DNA from: Candidatus Helarchaeota ASGARD archaeon Hel_GB_B
Lineage (GTDB): Archaea; Asgardarchaeota; Lokiarchaeia; Helarchaeales; HEL-GB-B
Direction of reading: 5' to 3'
DNA: 32,000 bases
Assembly: GCA_005191425.1 (NCBI GenBank)
Contig: SUPR01000005.1
Coordinates: 30,001 to 62,000 of the forward strand
Shown here one piece after another: positions 18,316 to 26,875 of the stretch (position 1 is its first letter; every line of letters starts with the position of its first letter). The translations under genes were made by a program, and so were the position numbers. The notes under the pieces were generated by a model. The model was given only the letters and a program-made list of their open reading frames with translations, was not told where the DNA came from and searched no databases.

Positions 18316-19803
18316 TTAATCATATTTTGTTTTTATATATGAATATATCTCATCCTTTTTAATTCTAATTTGTTCTGTAGAATCTCTATCCCTTAAAGTT
18401 ACTGTATTATCCTCAATTGATTGATAATCTATTGTAACTGCAAAAGGTGTTCCTAACTCATCATGTCTTCTGTATCGTCTACCGATCGCCCCAGAATCAT
18501 CATAATTAGAATATATTCCTTTTTTAAGGAGGTCATTATAAATTTCTTTTGCCATTTGTATCTGAGATTTGTCTTTTTTAATCAAAGGAAAAACTGCAAC
18601 CCTAATTGGTGCTATTTGATTGGGAAGCTTTAAGAGAATACGATTATGCTTGTCATCTATAGTAATTGACTGGTCAATGATTGCATATACCGATCGTTCG
18701 ATTCCAAATGCAATCTCCAAAATTTCTGGAATTATATTCTGTTGGCCTACTTTAACGGACAAATCTTCTTTTGAGAATTGTTGGTGCCTTTTTAAATCAT
18801 AATTTGTTCGGTCATGCACACCACAAATTTCTATCCATCCATATTGTTTTGTTTTAATTTCAAGATCCCATGCATCATCTGCATAATGGGCTTTCTCTTC
18901 GTCAGAATGTTGTCTGAACCTAATATTTTCATCAAGAAAACCGAATTCCTTACAAATTTTATATGCAAGTCCTAAACAATAAGCATATGCTGGCTTTTTT
19001 AAATATTTTTCATTAATTGCACCTTCTAAATTAATCCAAATGGGCTTGAAATTCTTTTGTTTCTGAAATTTCCAAGGTAATAGCGGTATATTTAGATTTT
19101 TTACTGTGTTAAATCGTTCGAAGTCATATTCTTGCTGTTTTGTTAAAAATATTTGGCACTCCAATTGATTAAATTCCCTTAATCTAATAAGCCCTTGCCT
19201 AGGTGATATCTCATTTCTATAAGCTTTACCTAGTTGGAATATCTCTATTGGAAGTTTCTGCCTAGAATCTCTATAAAGCCGTTTAAACGGAAGATATGTT
19301 GTAGTCGCAGTTTCCGGTCTTAAGTATGCCTCCTTATTCCCGGCTATCATGATTTTTAACATTAAATTATATGGTTCAACATGACCAAGTTTTCCACCAC
19401 AATTCGGGCACTTCAAATTATTTTTAAGCAAAATCTGTTCAAGCGAACTAAAAGAAAGTCCATCAGGACTTTCGTTGGGTAATAATTCTTTAATTAATTT
19501 ATCCACCCTAAATAATGAGCCACATTTAATACAAGTAGTAACTGGGTCTATAAAACGTTCTAAATGTCCTGATGCTTCCCAAACTATTCTTGGCATTATA
19601 TTTGGGCATTCAATTTCTATAAAATTCTCAAATAATAATATTCTTCTGAATATTTTTATTATATTATTTTTTAATAATGTCCCTGAAGGCCCATATTCAT
19701 AAAATCCAGCTAGACCTCCATATATCTCTGGTGAAGGTCCCCATATAAATCCACGCCGGGTTAATAATGAGTTCAATGCATTTATTTCGTTGTTCATTTG
19801 CAT
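18316..19803 (-). CDS. glyS: Glycine--tRNA ligase (archaeal/eukaryotic alpha2 type)
   Basis: YGGLAGFYEYGP, YLRPETA, GKAYRNEISPRQGLIRLREFNQLE, EIAFGIER, and a C-terminal anticodon-binding domain (IGRRYRRHDELGTPF). Confidence 0.96.
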   Translation of the reverse strand: MQMNNEINALNSLLTRRGFIWGPSPEIYGGLAGFYEYGPSGTLLKNNIIKIFRRILLFENFIEIECPNIMPRIVWEASGHLERFIDPVTTCIKCGSLFRVDKLIKELLPNESPDGLSFSSLEQILLKNNLKCPNCGGKLGHVEPYNLMLKIMIAGNKEAYLRPETATTTYLPFKRLYRDSRQKLPIEIFQLGKAYRNEISPRQGLIRLREFNQLECQIFLTKQQEYDFERFNTVKNLNIPLLPWKFQKQKNFKPIWINLEGAINEKYLKKPAYAYCLGLAYKICKEFGFLDENIRFRQHSDEEKAHYADDAWDLEIKTKQYGWIEICGVHDRTNYDLKRHQQFSKEDLSVKVGQQNIIPEILEIAFGIERSVYAIIDQSITIDDKHNRILLKLPNQIAPIRVAVFPLIKKDKSQIQMAKEIYNDLLKKGIYSNYDDSGAIGRRYRRHDELGTPFAVTIDYQSIEDNTVTLRDRDSTEQIRIKKDEIYSYIKTKYD

Positions 19804-20010
19804 ACAAATCTTCTCTCAATTTATATTTTTATAGTAATGAATAAATAGATATTCATTTTAAAAATATCTTTTTAAATAGATGAAAATTTAGTATATTCAA
19901 AAAATATCAGTCTTGATAAAATCTCAAATAATATAATAAAATCTCTTATTTATTATAACCAAAATTAAACATTTTTTTTAAAATCACATAAAATTGGAAA
20001 AACTAAAATA

Positions 20011-21102
20011 TTAAAAATAAAAATCATCAATTTCAACTTTATAATTATTTTTATTAGAAAAATTGACTATTGCTTGGCCCATTATTAAATTTGAGAGCAA
20101 TTCATTATCTTTATTACAAAATTTTTCCTTAATCGTATTAATATCATTATCTGAAGAGATATGAAGAAATATATAATTGGTAAAAATCGCAAATCGGTTC
20201 CTTTTTTTATCCAATGGTGTGGTCAATGAAGCTAATATTCCTTCATTTACATTATATCTTGAATTCAATAGCAATAGTGAATAACTTATTTCATCAATGG
20301 GATCAATAACCATTAAATGCGGTTTTGGGTCTGGATTATCTATCTTATATATTAACTGAATAAAATAGAACAAATTTACTATAAACCGCTTACCCGTTTT
20401 ATTTATACCTTTAAATTTAATAACAATTGGGAAATTTTGAAGATTTTTAATGTTTAAATTAGTAGATTCTACGTCTAAAATTTCTTTGATTGGCCCGTGA
20501 ATTAGTCCTGTTATAATTGATTTTAAATGAGATATTGCTTTTTTAAAAACATCGTCCGAAAAAATGGACACGACCTCATCTCCCAATTCAAACAGTAATA
20601 ATAAATCTGATAAAGTAGGATTCTCAAAATTGTCATTTAAATATTTTATAAATTCTTTTAAAATAAAGGACTCCTCTATATTTAAATTAAAGGTGTCTCT
20701 AAAAATATCTATCAATATTTCTAAATATTCATCGTTTTCTCTAATTAATTCTAAAGGATTAATTGAAAAATTTTCGTTTCCAAATTCAATAGACCAAATT
20801 TCGCGTTCTAACCATTTTGAGTCCAATAATTTGTCATACTCATTATTTATATCAAATATGATCGGGTTTAAATTTGTATTTTCAATTATTTGTAATAATA
20901 AACGCTTTATAATTGAAGATTTTCCAGAAAATACATCCCCACAAATTAAAATATTGTTTAATATATATTTAATTGGAATTTTAAATTCCATAATTTTATT
21001 ATTGACCATTATATTCCCTAATACAGGGTCATTATTACATAAATCAGTTAAATTAATTCCATAGAATTCATCCTTAATCTTATTTTCATATTCTTGAGCC
21101 AT
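20011..21102 (-). CDS. Degenerate HerA/FtsK-like (DUF87-type) P-loop protein
   Basis: NILICGDVFSGKSS (Walker A-like), IIFDINNEY, FSINPLE and HLMVIDPIDE (altered Walker B). The RKxG and QRP motifs are absent. Confidence 0.65.
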   Translation of the reverse strand: MAQEYENKIKDEFYGINLTDLCNNDPVLGNIMVNNKIMEFKIPIKYILNNILICGDVFSGKSSIIKRLLLQIIENTNLNPIIFDINNEYDKLLDSKWLEREIWSIEFGNENFSINPLELIRENDEYLEILIDIFRDTFNLNIEESFILKEFIKYLNDNFENPTLSDLLLLFELGDEVVSIFSDDVFKKAISHLKSIITGLIHGPIKEILDVESTNLNIKNLQNFPIVIKFKGINKTGKRFIVNLFYFIQLIYKIDNPDPKPHLMVIDPIDEISYSLLLLNSRYNVNEGILASLTTPLDKKRNRFAIFTNYIFLHISSDNDINTIKEKFCNKDNELLSNLIMGQAIVNFSNKNNYKVEIDDFYF

Positions 21103-21869
21103 ATTGTATCCAATCCTATGTTATTTGTTTAGTCTGATTATTAATTATCAGGTATTTAATTTTTAATCATATTCACTATTCTTCCTAAAAGAATCATCCC
21201 TAGAGAGGTCACCGAAAGTAAAAACACACAAAATAAGTCGTAATAAAAATGACCTTATAAATAAATCAATGCTTTAAATATTATTTTCTAGCTGATTATG
21301 GATAGAATTTAATAATTTGCATAATAAAAATAGAGACTGAAGAAATTTGATATAATTCTTTATTGTTTGAAAATTGATTATTATTGTATTCAATCAATAT
21401 AGAATAACCTAATTATGAACAAATCTGACTACATATTACTCATCATTAACAGTAAGTTTTAGGTTATAACCTATCTTATTTTCAGTTCGAAAATAATATT
21501 TTCCTGTAATTAAGGAGATAATACCAAATCTTGAATTATATTAGTGGGAAATCGAAATGTAAATACAAAAACCAAAAATTATGTTTAATTAAGTTTCCAA
21601 TTCTCTGCTTAAACTTACAAAAATAGGCCCCTTATTTATTTTTAATACAATATTTTTTAAAAAAGAAATAGGCAAAATTTTTATATCACGGTGTTATAAC
21701 GTTAAATGATGAAGTAGTATTAATAAGAGATATTTTAAAATTAATTATACGAACTGAAAATTAAAATGAAATTAAAAACAAAAAATAAAAATAAAAATCA
21801 AACATTAAGAAAGTTTTTAATTACAAAAATTGGTTTAAAATATCTTTTAAAAAATAAAGAGGTGATATA

Positions 21870-22145
21870 ATGAACTGGGAAAGCAAAGTGTCATCTAAAA
21901 GTTTTAGAACAATCTACAATCTTCCACCCTCTGCAAAATTTATTCTCTATGTTCTAAATAAAAAGGGTGCAACAAGCCGTAAGGATATAATCGATGAAAC
22001 ACTTTTATCAAGTAGAACAGTTGGTCATGCATTAAAATTGTTGTTAGAATCAAAATTAATAGAAAAAGTTAAACCCTCTAGAGATAAACCAAAATCAAGG
22101 ATTGATAATAGAATTGTTAAATATCGATTAACTAAAAATAATTAA
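21870..22145 (+). CDS. Winged-helix transcriptional regulator (MarR/TrmB-like)
   Basis: LPPSAKFILYVL...SRKDIIDETLLSSRTVGHALKLLLESKLIEK...YRL. GAGGTGA lies upstream. Confidence 0.88.
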   Translation: MNWESKVSSKSFRTIYNLPPSAKFILYVLNKKGATSRKDIIDETLLSSRTVGHALKLLLESKLIEKVKPSRDKPKSRIDNRIVKYRLTKNN

Positions 22146-22368
22146 ATATTTCTTTCTAATATATTTCTTTTTTATTTGAAATATAAAAATTTAATTTCAA
22201 TTTTTAATTAAATAATATTAAATTTTATGATTCTTAGATGGTTGTTAAATAATTATCTGATAATATCATAAATAACGAATTTATCAATAAATTTCTATCA
22301 TATTTTACAAATTTTTTCTAATATTTTTAATTAACTAAAAATAATGATTAATTTTAGTTTTAATTTAT

Positions 22369-23631
22369 TTATATTGATCTGGGGTCTGTTATTTCTCCTT
22401 TTATTGAACTTGCTGCAACTGTTGCTGAATTTGCTAAATATATCTTAGCCTTTTTGCTACCTTGTCTTCCAATGAAATTTCTATTTGAGGAAGATAACGA
22501 AACTTCTCCTGGAGCTAGAACTCCGTATGCTCCGATACAAGGGCCACAACTGGGATAGTTCAAAAAAGCCCCTGCTTCAATTAAAATTTTAATTATTCCT
22601 TGGTCTAAGGCTTTTAAATAAATTTCTTGGGATGCTGGGACTATAATTAGTCTAGTATCTGGGTGGATTCTTTTATTTTTAAGTATTTTAGCAGCAATTT
22701 CCAAATCTTCAAAACGTCCATTTGTACAGCTGCCGATAAATGCTTGATCGATTTTTATTCCTTCTACTTCATTTACTGACACTGAATTTTCGGGACTATG
22801 TGGTTTTGCAACTTGTGGGTCGAGGTCTGATAAATCATAATCAAATTTCTTTTCATATATGGCATTTTCATCACTTTTTATGATTTTAAAGGGTTTCTTG
22901 ACGCGGTTTTTTAGCCAATTCAATGTTTTATTATCAGGTTCCATTATTCCCGCTTTAGCACCCATTTCAATTGCCATATTACTAATAGTCATCCTACTAT
23001 CTATACTTAAGTTGGAGATTACACTTCCTTTAAATTCTACAGATTTATAATTAGCCCCTTCAACTCCTATTTCACTTATCAATTTTAATATAACATCTTT
23101 TCCATAGACCATTGGTTTTAACTTACCAGTTAGGTTAAAAAGAATTGTTTCAGGGACTTTAAACCATAATTCCCCAGTAGCAAGTAAAATTGCAGCATCT
23201 GTAGAGCCAACTCCTGTAGAAAACGCACCAAAAGCGCCATAAGTGCATGTATGACTGTCTGTCCCTACAATAAGTGCCCCTGGCCACGCAAAACCCTTCT
23301 CCGGAATAACTTGGTGACAAATTCCCTGGTTCCATCCTAACCAATTTTTAATGCCGTGTTTTTTTACAAACTCTCGCTCATTCTTATCAATTATTGCAGT
23401 ATCTATATTTGCAGGAGGTATCCAATGGTCCAAAAGTGCAACTATTTTGTCTGAATTTTTTATTTCGTTGACCTCTATTTCATTAAAAATATCTATTACT
23501 CTCATACCTAACATTTCATGCATCATAATTATATCTACATTTGCATTGATAATTTCGCCAGGTTCAACTTTTTCTTTATTAGAATGGGAAGCTAAAATTT
23601 TCTCGGATATAGTTGACATTTTTTCACCCAT
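22369..23631 (-). CDS. leuC: 3-isopropylmalate dehydratase/homoaconitase family large subunit (likely start ATG 23619)
   Basis: DHW, GICHQ, GTDSHTCTYGA, FIGSCTNGR, SCGPCIG and SNRNFIGRQG. All three Fe-S cysteines are present. Substrate specificity cannot be resolved from sequence. Confidence 0.9.
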   Translation of the reverse strand: MGEKMSTISEKILASHSNKEKVEPGEIINANVDIIMMHEMLGMRVIDIFNEIEVNEIKNSDKIVALLDHWIPPANIDTAIIDKNEREFVKKHGIKNWLGWNQGICHQVIPEKGFAWPGALIVGTDSHTCTYGAFGAFSTGVGSTDAAILLATGELWFKVPETILFNLTGKLKPMVYGKDVILKLISEIGVEGANYKSVEFKGSVISNLSIDSRMTISNMAIEMGAKAGIMEPDNKTLNWLKNRVKKPFKIIKSDENAIYEKKFDYDLSDLDPQVAKPHSPENSVSVNEVEGIKIDQAFIGSCTNGRFEDLEIAAKILKNKRIHPDTRLIIVPASQEIYLKALDQGIIKILIEAGAFLNYPSCGPCIGAYGVLAPGEVSLSSSNRNFIGRQGSKKAKIYLANSATVAASSIKGEITDPRSI

Positions 23632-24141
23632 TTATTTTTTTAATCTTTTTTTAATTGCAGGTATCGCTCCACCTGCTTGAATTAAATCTAATAAAAATTG
23701 CGGTAATTTTGTTCCAACAAAAGTTTGTTCGGTATTTATATTCTTTACAGTTCCGGAAATAAAATCAACTTCAGCAAATTGACCAGTTTTAAAATTGTTA
23801 GAGATATCTTTTATTTCAAGTAATGGAATACCTAAATTTATAGCATTTCTAAAAAATATCCTAGCAAAAGATTCAGCTATAATTGCTCCAATACCTAATG
23901 TCTTTAGAACTGAAGGCGCTTCTTCTCTACTTGAACCACACCCAAAATTCTTACCTGCAATTATAATATCTCCTTTTCTAAACTTTTTAGCAAAATCTTC
24001 ATTAATTGGTTCAAATGTATGTGATGCCATAGAAACTGGGGCTCTAATTGTAAGATATCTTCCCGGAATAATAATGTCTGTATCTATATTATTTCCAAAT
24101 ACCCAGACTTTACCTTTTATTGAATTTTTTACTTCTGACAT
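23632..24141 (-). CDS. leuD: 3-isopropylmalate dehydratase/homoaconitase family small subunit
   Basis: GKVWVFGNNIDTDIIIPGRYL, AGKNFGCGSSREEAP and ESFARIFFRNAINLG. The ATG at 24141 (MSEVK) fits the usual length better than the track's 24237. Confidence 0.9.
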   Translation of the reverse strand: MSEVKNSIKGKVWVFGNNIDTDIIIPGRYLTIRAPVSMASHTFEPINEDFAKKFRKGDIIIAGKNFGCGSSREEAPSVLKTLGIGAIIAESFARIFFRNAINLGIPLLEIKDISNNFKTGQFAEVDFISGTVKNINTEQTFVGTKLPQFLLDLIQAGGAIPAIKKRLKK

Positions 24142-24623
24142 ATATATCAAACCTATTGATAAATGATGTAAATCACTCTCTAATTTACTACTTTTTAAAT
24201 CCTTTCTTATCATAAATAAGTTTCCAATATATTTCATTTTAATAATTAATTTATGATTATTTCTTGAAATAATAATTAAAATAAATTAAATTAACTTTAT
24301 TTTTAATTGAATTTTTTTTAAATTGAACAAAATAAAAACTGATTATTCTACTGAGAAATAATTTATAAATTTAAAATAATTGATCATTATAAATTATAAT
24401 TAATTACTTCATTTACTGCCATTTGAGAAAAAATATTTTAAAATTAAAGGAGTTTGGTCATTTATTAAAGGCTGAAAATATTTAAAAAGCGTCATTTAAG
24501 AATTTATTAACTCTATAAAATATTACAAATAAATGTATAATTAAACTTTTCGAGAAAGAAAATTTTTATATTTTTACATTTAAGTCGGAAAAGAGTTAAA
24601 CTAAATATATATAGAAATGACTC

Positions 24624-24641
24624 AATATGATAAATCATATT
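24624..24641. promoter_or_regulatory. Perfect palindrome AATATGAT-AA-ATCATATT, candidate operator
   Basis: An 8-bp inverted repeat with a 2-bp spacer in the divergent leuD/histone intergenic region, ~100 bp upstream of the histone start. Confidence 0.35.
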
Positions 24642-24733
24642 TGGAGATGCAATTTCTAGCGAGAAATTTTTATATTCTTTATGTCCATATATTTTATAAT
24701 TATTATTTAATTAGTAAATAAAATTCGAGGGTT

Positions 24734-24973
24734 TTGTTAGTGTCTAAAAAATCTAAAGAAGAAGTTAAGGTAATAACAAAAACTGCGCTTAGAAGGTTAA
24801 TGAAAAATGAAGCATTGGCTGATATAGTTTCAGCAGATGCTGTTCTTAGACTATTAGACCATCTACAGGATCTAGCCATTGATACAACCAAAAAAGCTAT
24901 AAAAATTGCTGAAAATGCAAAGAGAAAAACTGTTACTAAAGATGATATTAAATTAGCTATTAGAACTCCATAA
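24734..24973 (+). CDS. Archaeal histone with a short basic N-terminal extension (likely start GTG 24740)
   Basis: Histone fold ALRRLMK...IVSADAV...KRKTVTKDDIKLA with the RKT-x3-D L2 motif. GAGGG lies upstream of GTG 24740. Confidence 0.92.
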   Translation: MLVSKKSKEEVKVITKTALRRLMKNEALADIVSADAVLRLLDHLQDLAIDTTKKAIKIAENAKRKTVTKDDIKLAIRTP

Positions 24974-25085
24974 TAAAATTATTTCCCTCTCTTTTTTTTG
25001 TATTGAAAACTTTAAATCTTATTATTATTATTATAAATAAGAATTTTAAAAGTATTTCACCATCCAAATAAAATAATAATTTACT

Positions 25086-25748
25086 TTGAACCAATTAAAT
25101 AGCTTGATTAAAATGCTTGATGAAAATTCATTGGTAAAAAAAATCAAAACTTTATTAAAAAACAGTAAAATCAAAAAAATTGTCAACTCTAAAATACAAG
25201 AGTTTAAAGAACTTGGAAAATCATCAAATGAAGCCATTTTTAATGAATTATGTTTTTGTATATTGACAGCAAATTATAACGCTGAAAAAGCAATAAAAAT
25301 ACAACAGGAAATTGGAAATGGATTTTTTAGTGATAAAGATATTATCACCAAATTGAGATCGTTAGGATATAGATATCCTAATTTAAGAGGAAAATATATT
25401 ATTGAAGCTAGAAAAATTATAGACAAATTAAATGATATAATAAATTCTTTAAAGGGCCAAGAATTAAGAAATTGGTTTGTACAAAATATTAAGGGACTTG
25501 GTTATAAGGAGGCGAGCCATTTCCTACGAAATATAGGTTTTACTGATTTTGCTATCATAGATTTTCATATTATTGATATACTTGTTAAAAATAAGTTAAT
25601 AGAGAAACCGACTTCAAAAAGTCTAAGCAAAAGAAAATACTTGGAAATTGAGAGTGTTTTAAAAAATTTAGCTGATCAATTAGGTATTACTTTAGCAGAA
25701 TTAGACCTTTATCTTTGGTATTTAGAAACCAATAAAATTTTAAAATAA
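25086..25748 (+). CDS. ogg: 8-oxoguanine DNA glycosylase/AP lyase (thermostable OGG2 type); start may be ATG 25113
   Basis: ELCFCILTAN, GYRYPNLR, the HhH motif NIKGLGYKEASHFLRNIG, AIIDFHI, and LDLYLWY. Confidence 0.93.
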   Translation: MNQLNSLIKMLDENSLVKKIKTLLKNSKIKKIVNSKIQEFKELGKSSNEAIFNELCFCILTANYNAEKAIKIQQEIGNGFFSDKDIITKLRSLGYRYPNLRGKYIIEARKIIDKLNDIINSLKGQELRNWFVQNIKGLGYKEASHFLRNIGFTDFAIIDFHIIDILVKNKLIEKPTSKSLSKRKYLEIESVLKNLADQLGITLAELDLYLWYLETNKILK

Positions 25749-25844
25749 TTGAAAGAAAATTTATTTTTTTTATTCGGATATCGATTGCGATTGCAATTCG
25801 ATATTAATCTATTATTTCATTTTTATATAATTGATTTTTCCGAA

Positions 25845-26210
25845 TTATATAGAGCAAATATCTTTTCCTGACAATTTAATGATCGGTGCTTCTACCATTA
25901 CCAATTTTTTATAGACATACCAATCACTGACTCCAATTAAAATTTCGTCGTCATTAATCAATTTTTCTGCTGATTTATTTATATAAATCGAACATCCATT
26001 AAATTTTGATATTTCTCGAAACTCTTTATCTTTTGTTATTTTTTATTGTTCAGCAATTGATATTCCTATTGTTAGGTAGGTTATACTTCAAATCTTTATA
26101 AAATCGCCATAAATTCCAATTGCGTATGGGCATTTTATATTTTCTTCTTGAAACTCCTTAATTTTTTGTGAAACATAATTTTCAGCATTTGTAGTGAATT
26201 TTATATTCAT
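25845..26210 (-). pseudogene. HesB/IscA-like selenoprotein homolog: TGA at the Sec position (codon 41) plus an in-frame TAA (codon 56)
   Basis: Manual translation MNIKFTTNAENYVSQKIKEFQEENIKCPYAIGIYGDFIKI(TGA)SITYLTIGISIAEQ(TAA)KITKDKEFREISKFNGCSIYINKSAEKLINDDEILIGVSDWYVYKKLVMVEAPIIKLSGKDICSI. The pattern follows methanogen HesB-like selenoproteins as I recall them. Absent from the ORF track. Confidence 0.65.
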
Positions 26211-26303
26211 AAGATATTTTTTTAAAATCAGTTTGAAAGTTTTTAAGAAATAATTTCAAAATAGATATAAAACAGTAAAAAATACAAAAAAGGAGATTAT
26301 TAA

Positions 26304-26867
26304 TTGGAAATTGATAAGAAAATTGTTAAAGGAATAACATTACCTTTTAGAATGTTTAATAAGAATTCTCTAAAATTAGATGAATATGTATATGCATTAA
26401 GTTTAAAAGTTTTTGACAAATGTAATATAGACACTGCAAGAAAAATTACTAATTATTCAATACAGAAGAATTGGTTGAAAAAAGAAAACAATTCAATTAT
26501 TTTAAATGTCCCAATAAATCCAATAAATGAACTAATATTTAATTTACCGATAAATTTGGATTTTTTTAAGGATATAGAAATGATAGAATTAATCCCATTA
26601 CCCCAGATTGAACCTTTTAAACCTGTTTACAAAAAAATAAAAAATGGTGCATTTCAAAAGGATACGACAAAAAAAGAGAAACAGAAAAAAGATATTAAAA
26701 AAGAAGAGAAAATAAAGAAAGTAGTAGATGTGAAAAAGAAAACTCCTAAAAGTACTAAGAAAAAATCCGAGCCAGAACAAAAATCCAAGAAATCTCCTAA
26801 AAAAACGACAAAAAAACAATTAAAGCAAAAGGATAAACCAAAAACATTAGATTCCTTTTTCAAATAA
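26304..26867 (+). CDS. DUF2240-like archaeal protein with a Lys-rich tail ending in a PIP-box-like motif
   Basis: N-terminal ~100 aa (LPFRMFNKNSLKLDEYVYALSLK...KKNWLKK) resemble DUF2240. A low-complexity K/E tail ends KPKTLDSFFK. Confidence 0.6.
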   Translation: MEIDKKIVKGITLPFRMFNKNSLKLDEYVYALSLKVFDKCNIDTARKITNYSIQKNWLKKENNSIILNVPINPINELIFNLPINLDFFKDIEMIELIPLPQIEPFKPVYKKIKNGAFQKDTTKKEKQKKDIKKEEKIKKVVDVKKKTPKSTKKKSEPEQKSKKSPKKTTKKQLKQKDKPKTLDSFFK

Positions 26868-26875
26868 ATTAAATT

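Noticed and set aside
21103-21869. Possible decayed gene in the 770-bp gap between the HerA-like gene and the wHTH regulator
   Set aside because: The minus-strand frames I translated by hand had several stops and no recognisable motif. Treated as AT-rich intergenic DNA.
22369-24141. Assigning leuC/leuD specifically to leucine versus lysine (homoaconitase) or isoleucine biosynthesis
   Set aside because: Archaeal paralogs are too similar to separate by eye, and no leuA/leuB or lys genes are adjacent.
24617-24721. 34-codon ORF (MTQYDKSYLEMQFLARN…) upstream of the histone gene
   Set aside because: No RBS or motif. It overlaps the likely histone promoter and palindrome, and is expected by chance.
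26640-26850. A-rich quasi-repeats in the DUF2240-like gene as a DNA repeat or slippage locus
   Set aside because: Explained by AAA/AAG codons of a Lys-rich tail; there is no discrete repeat unit.
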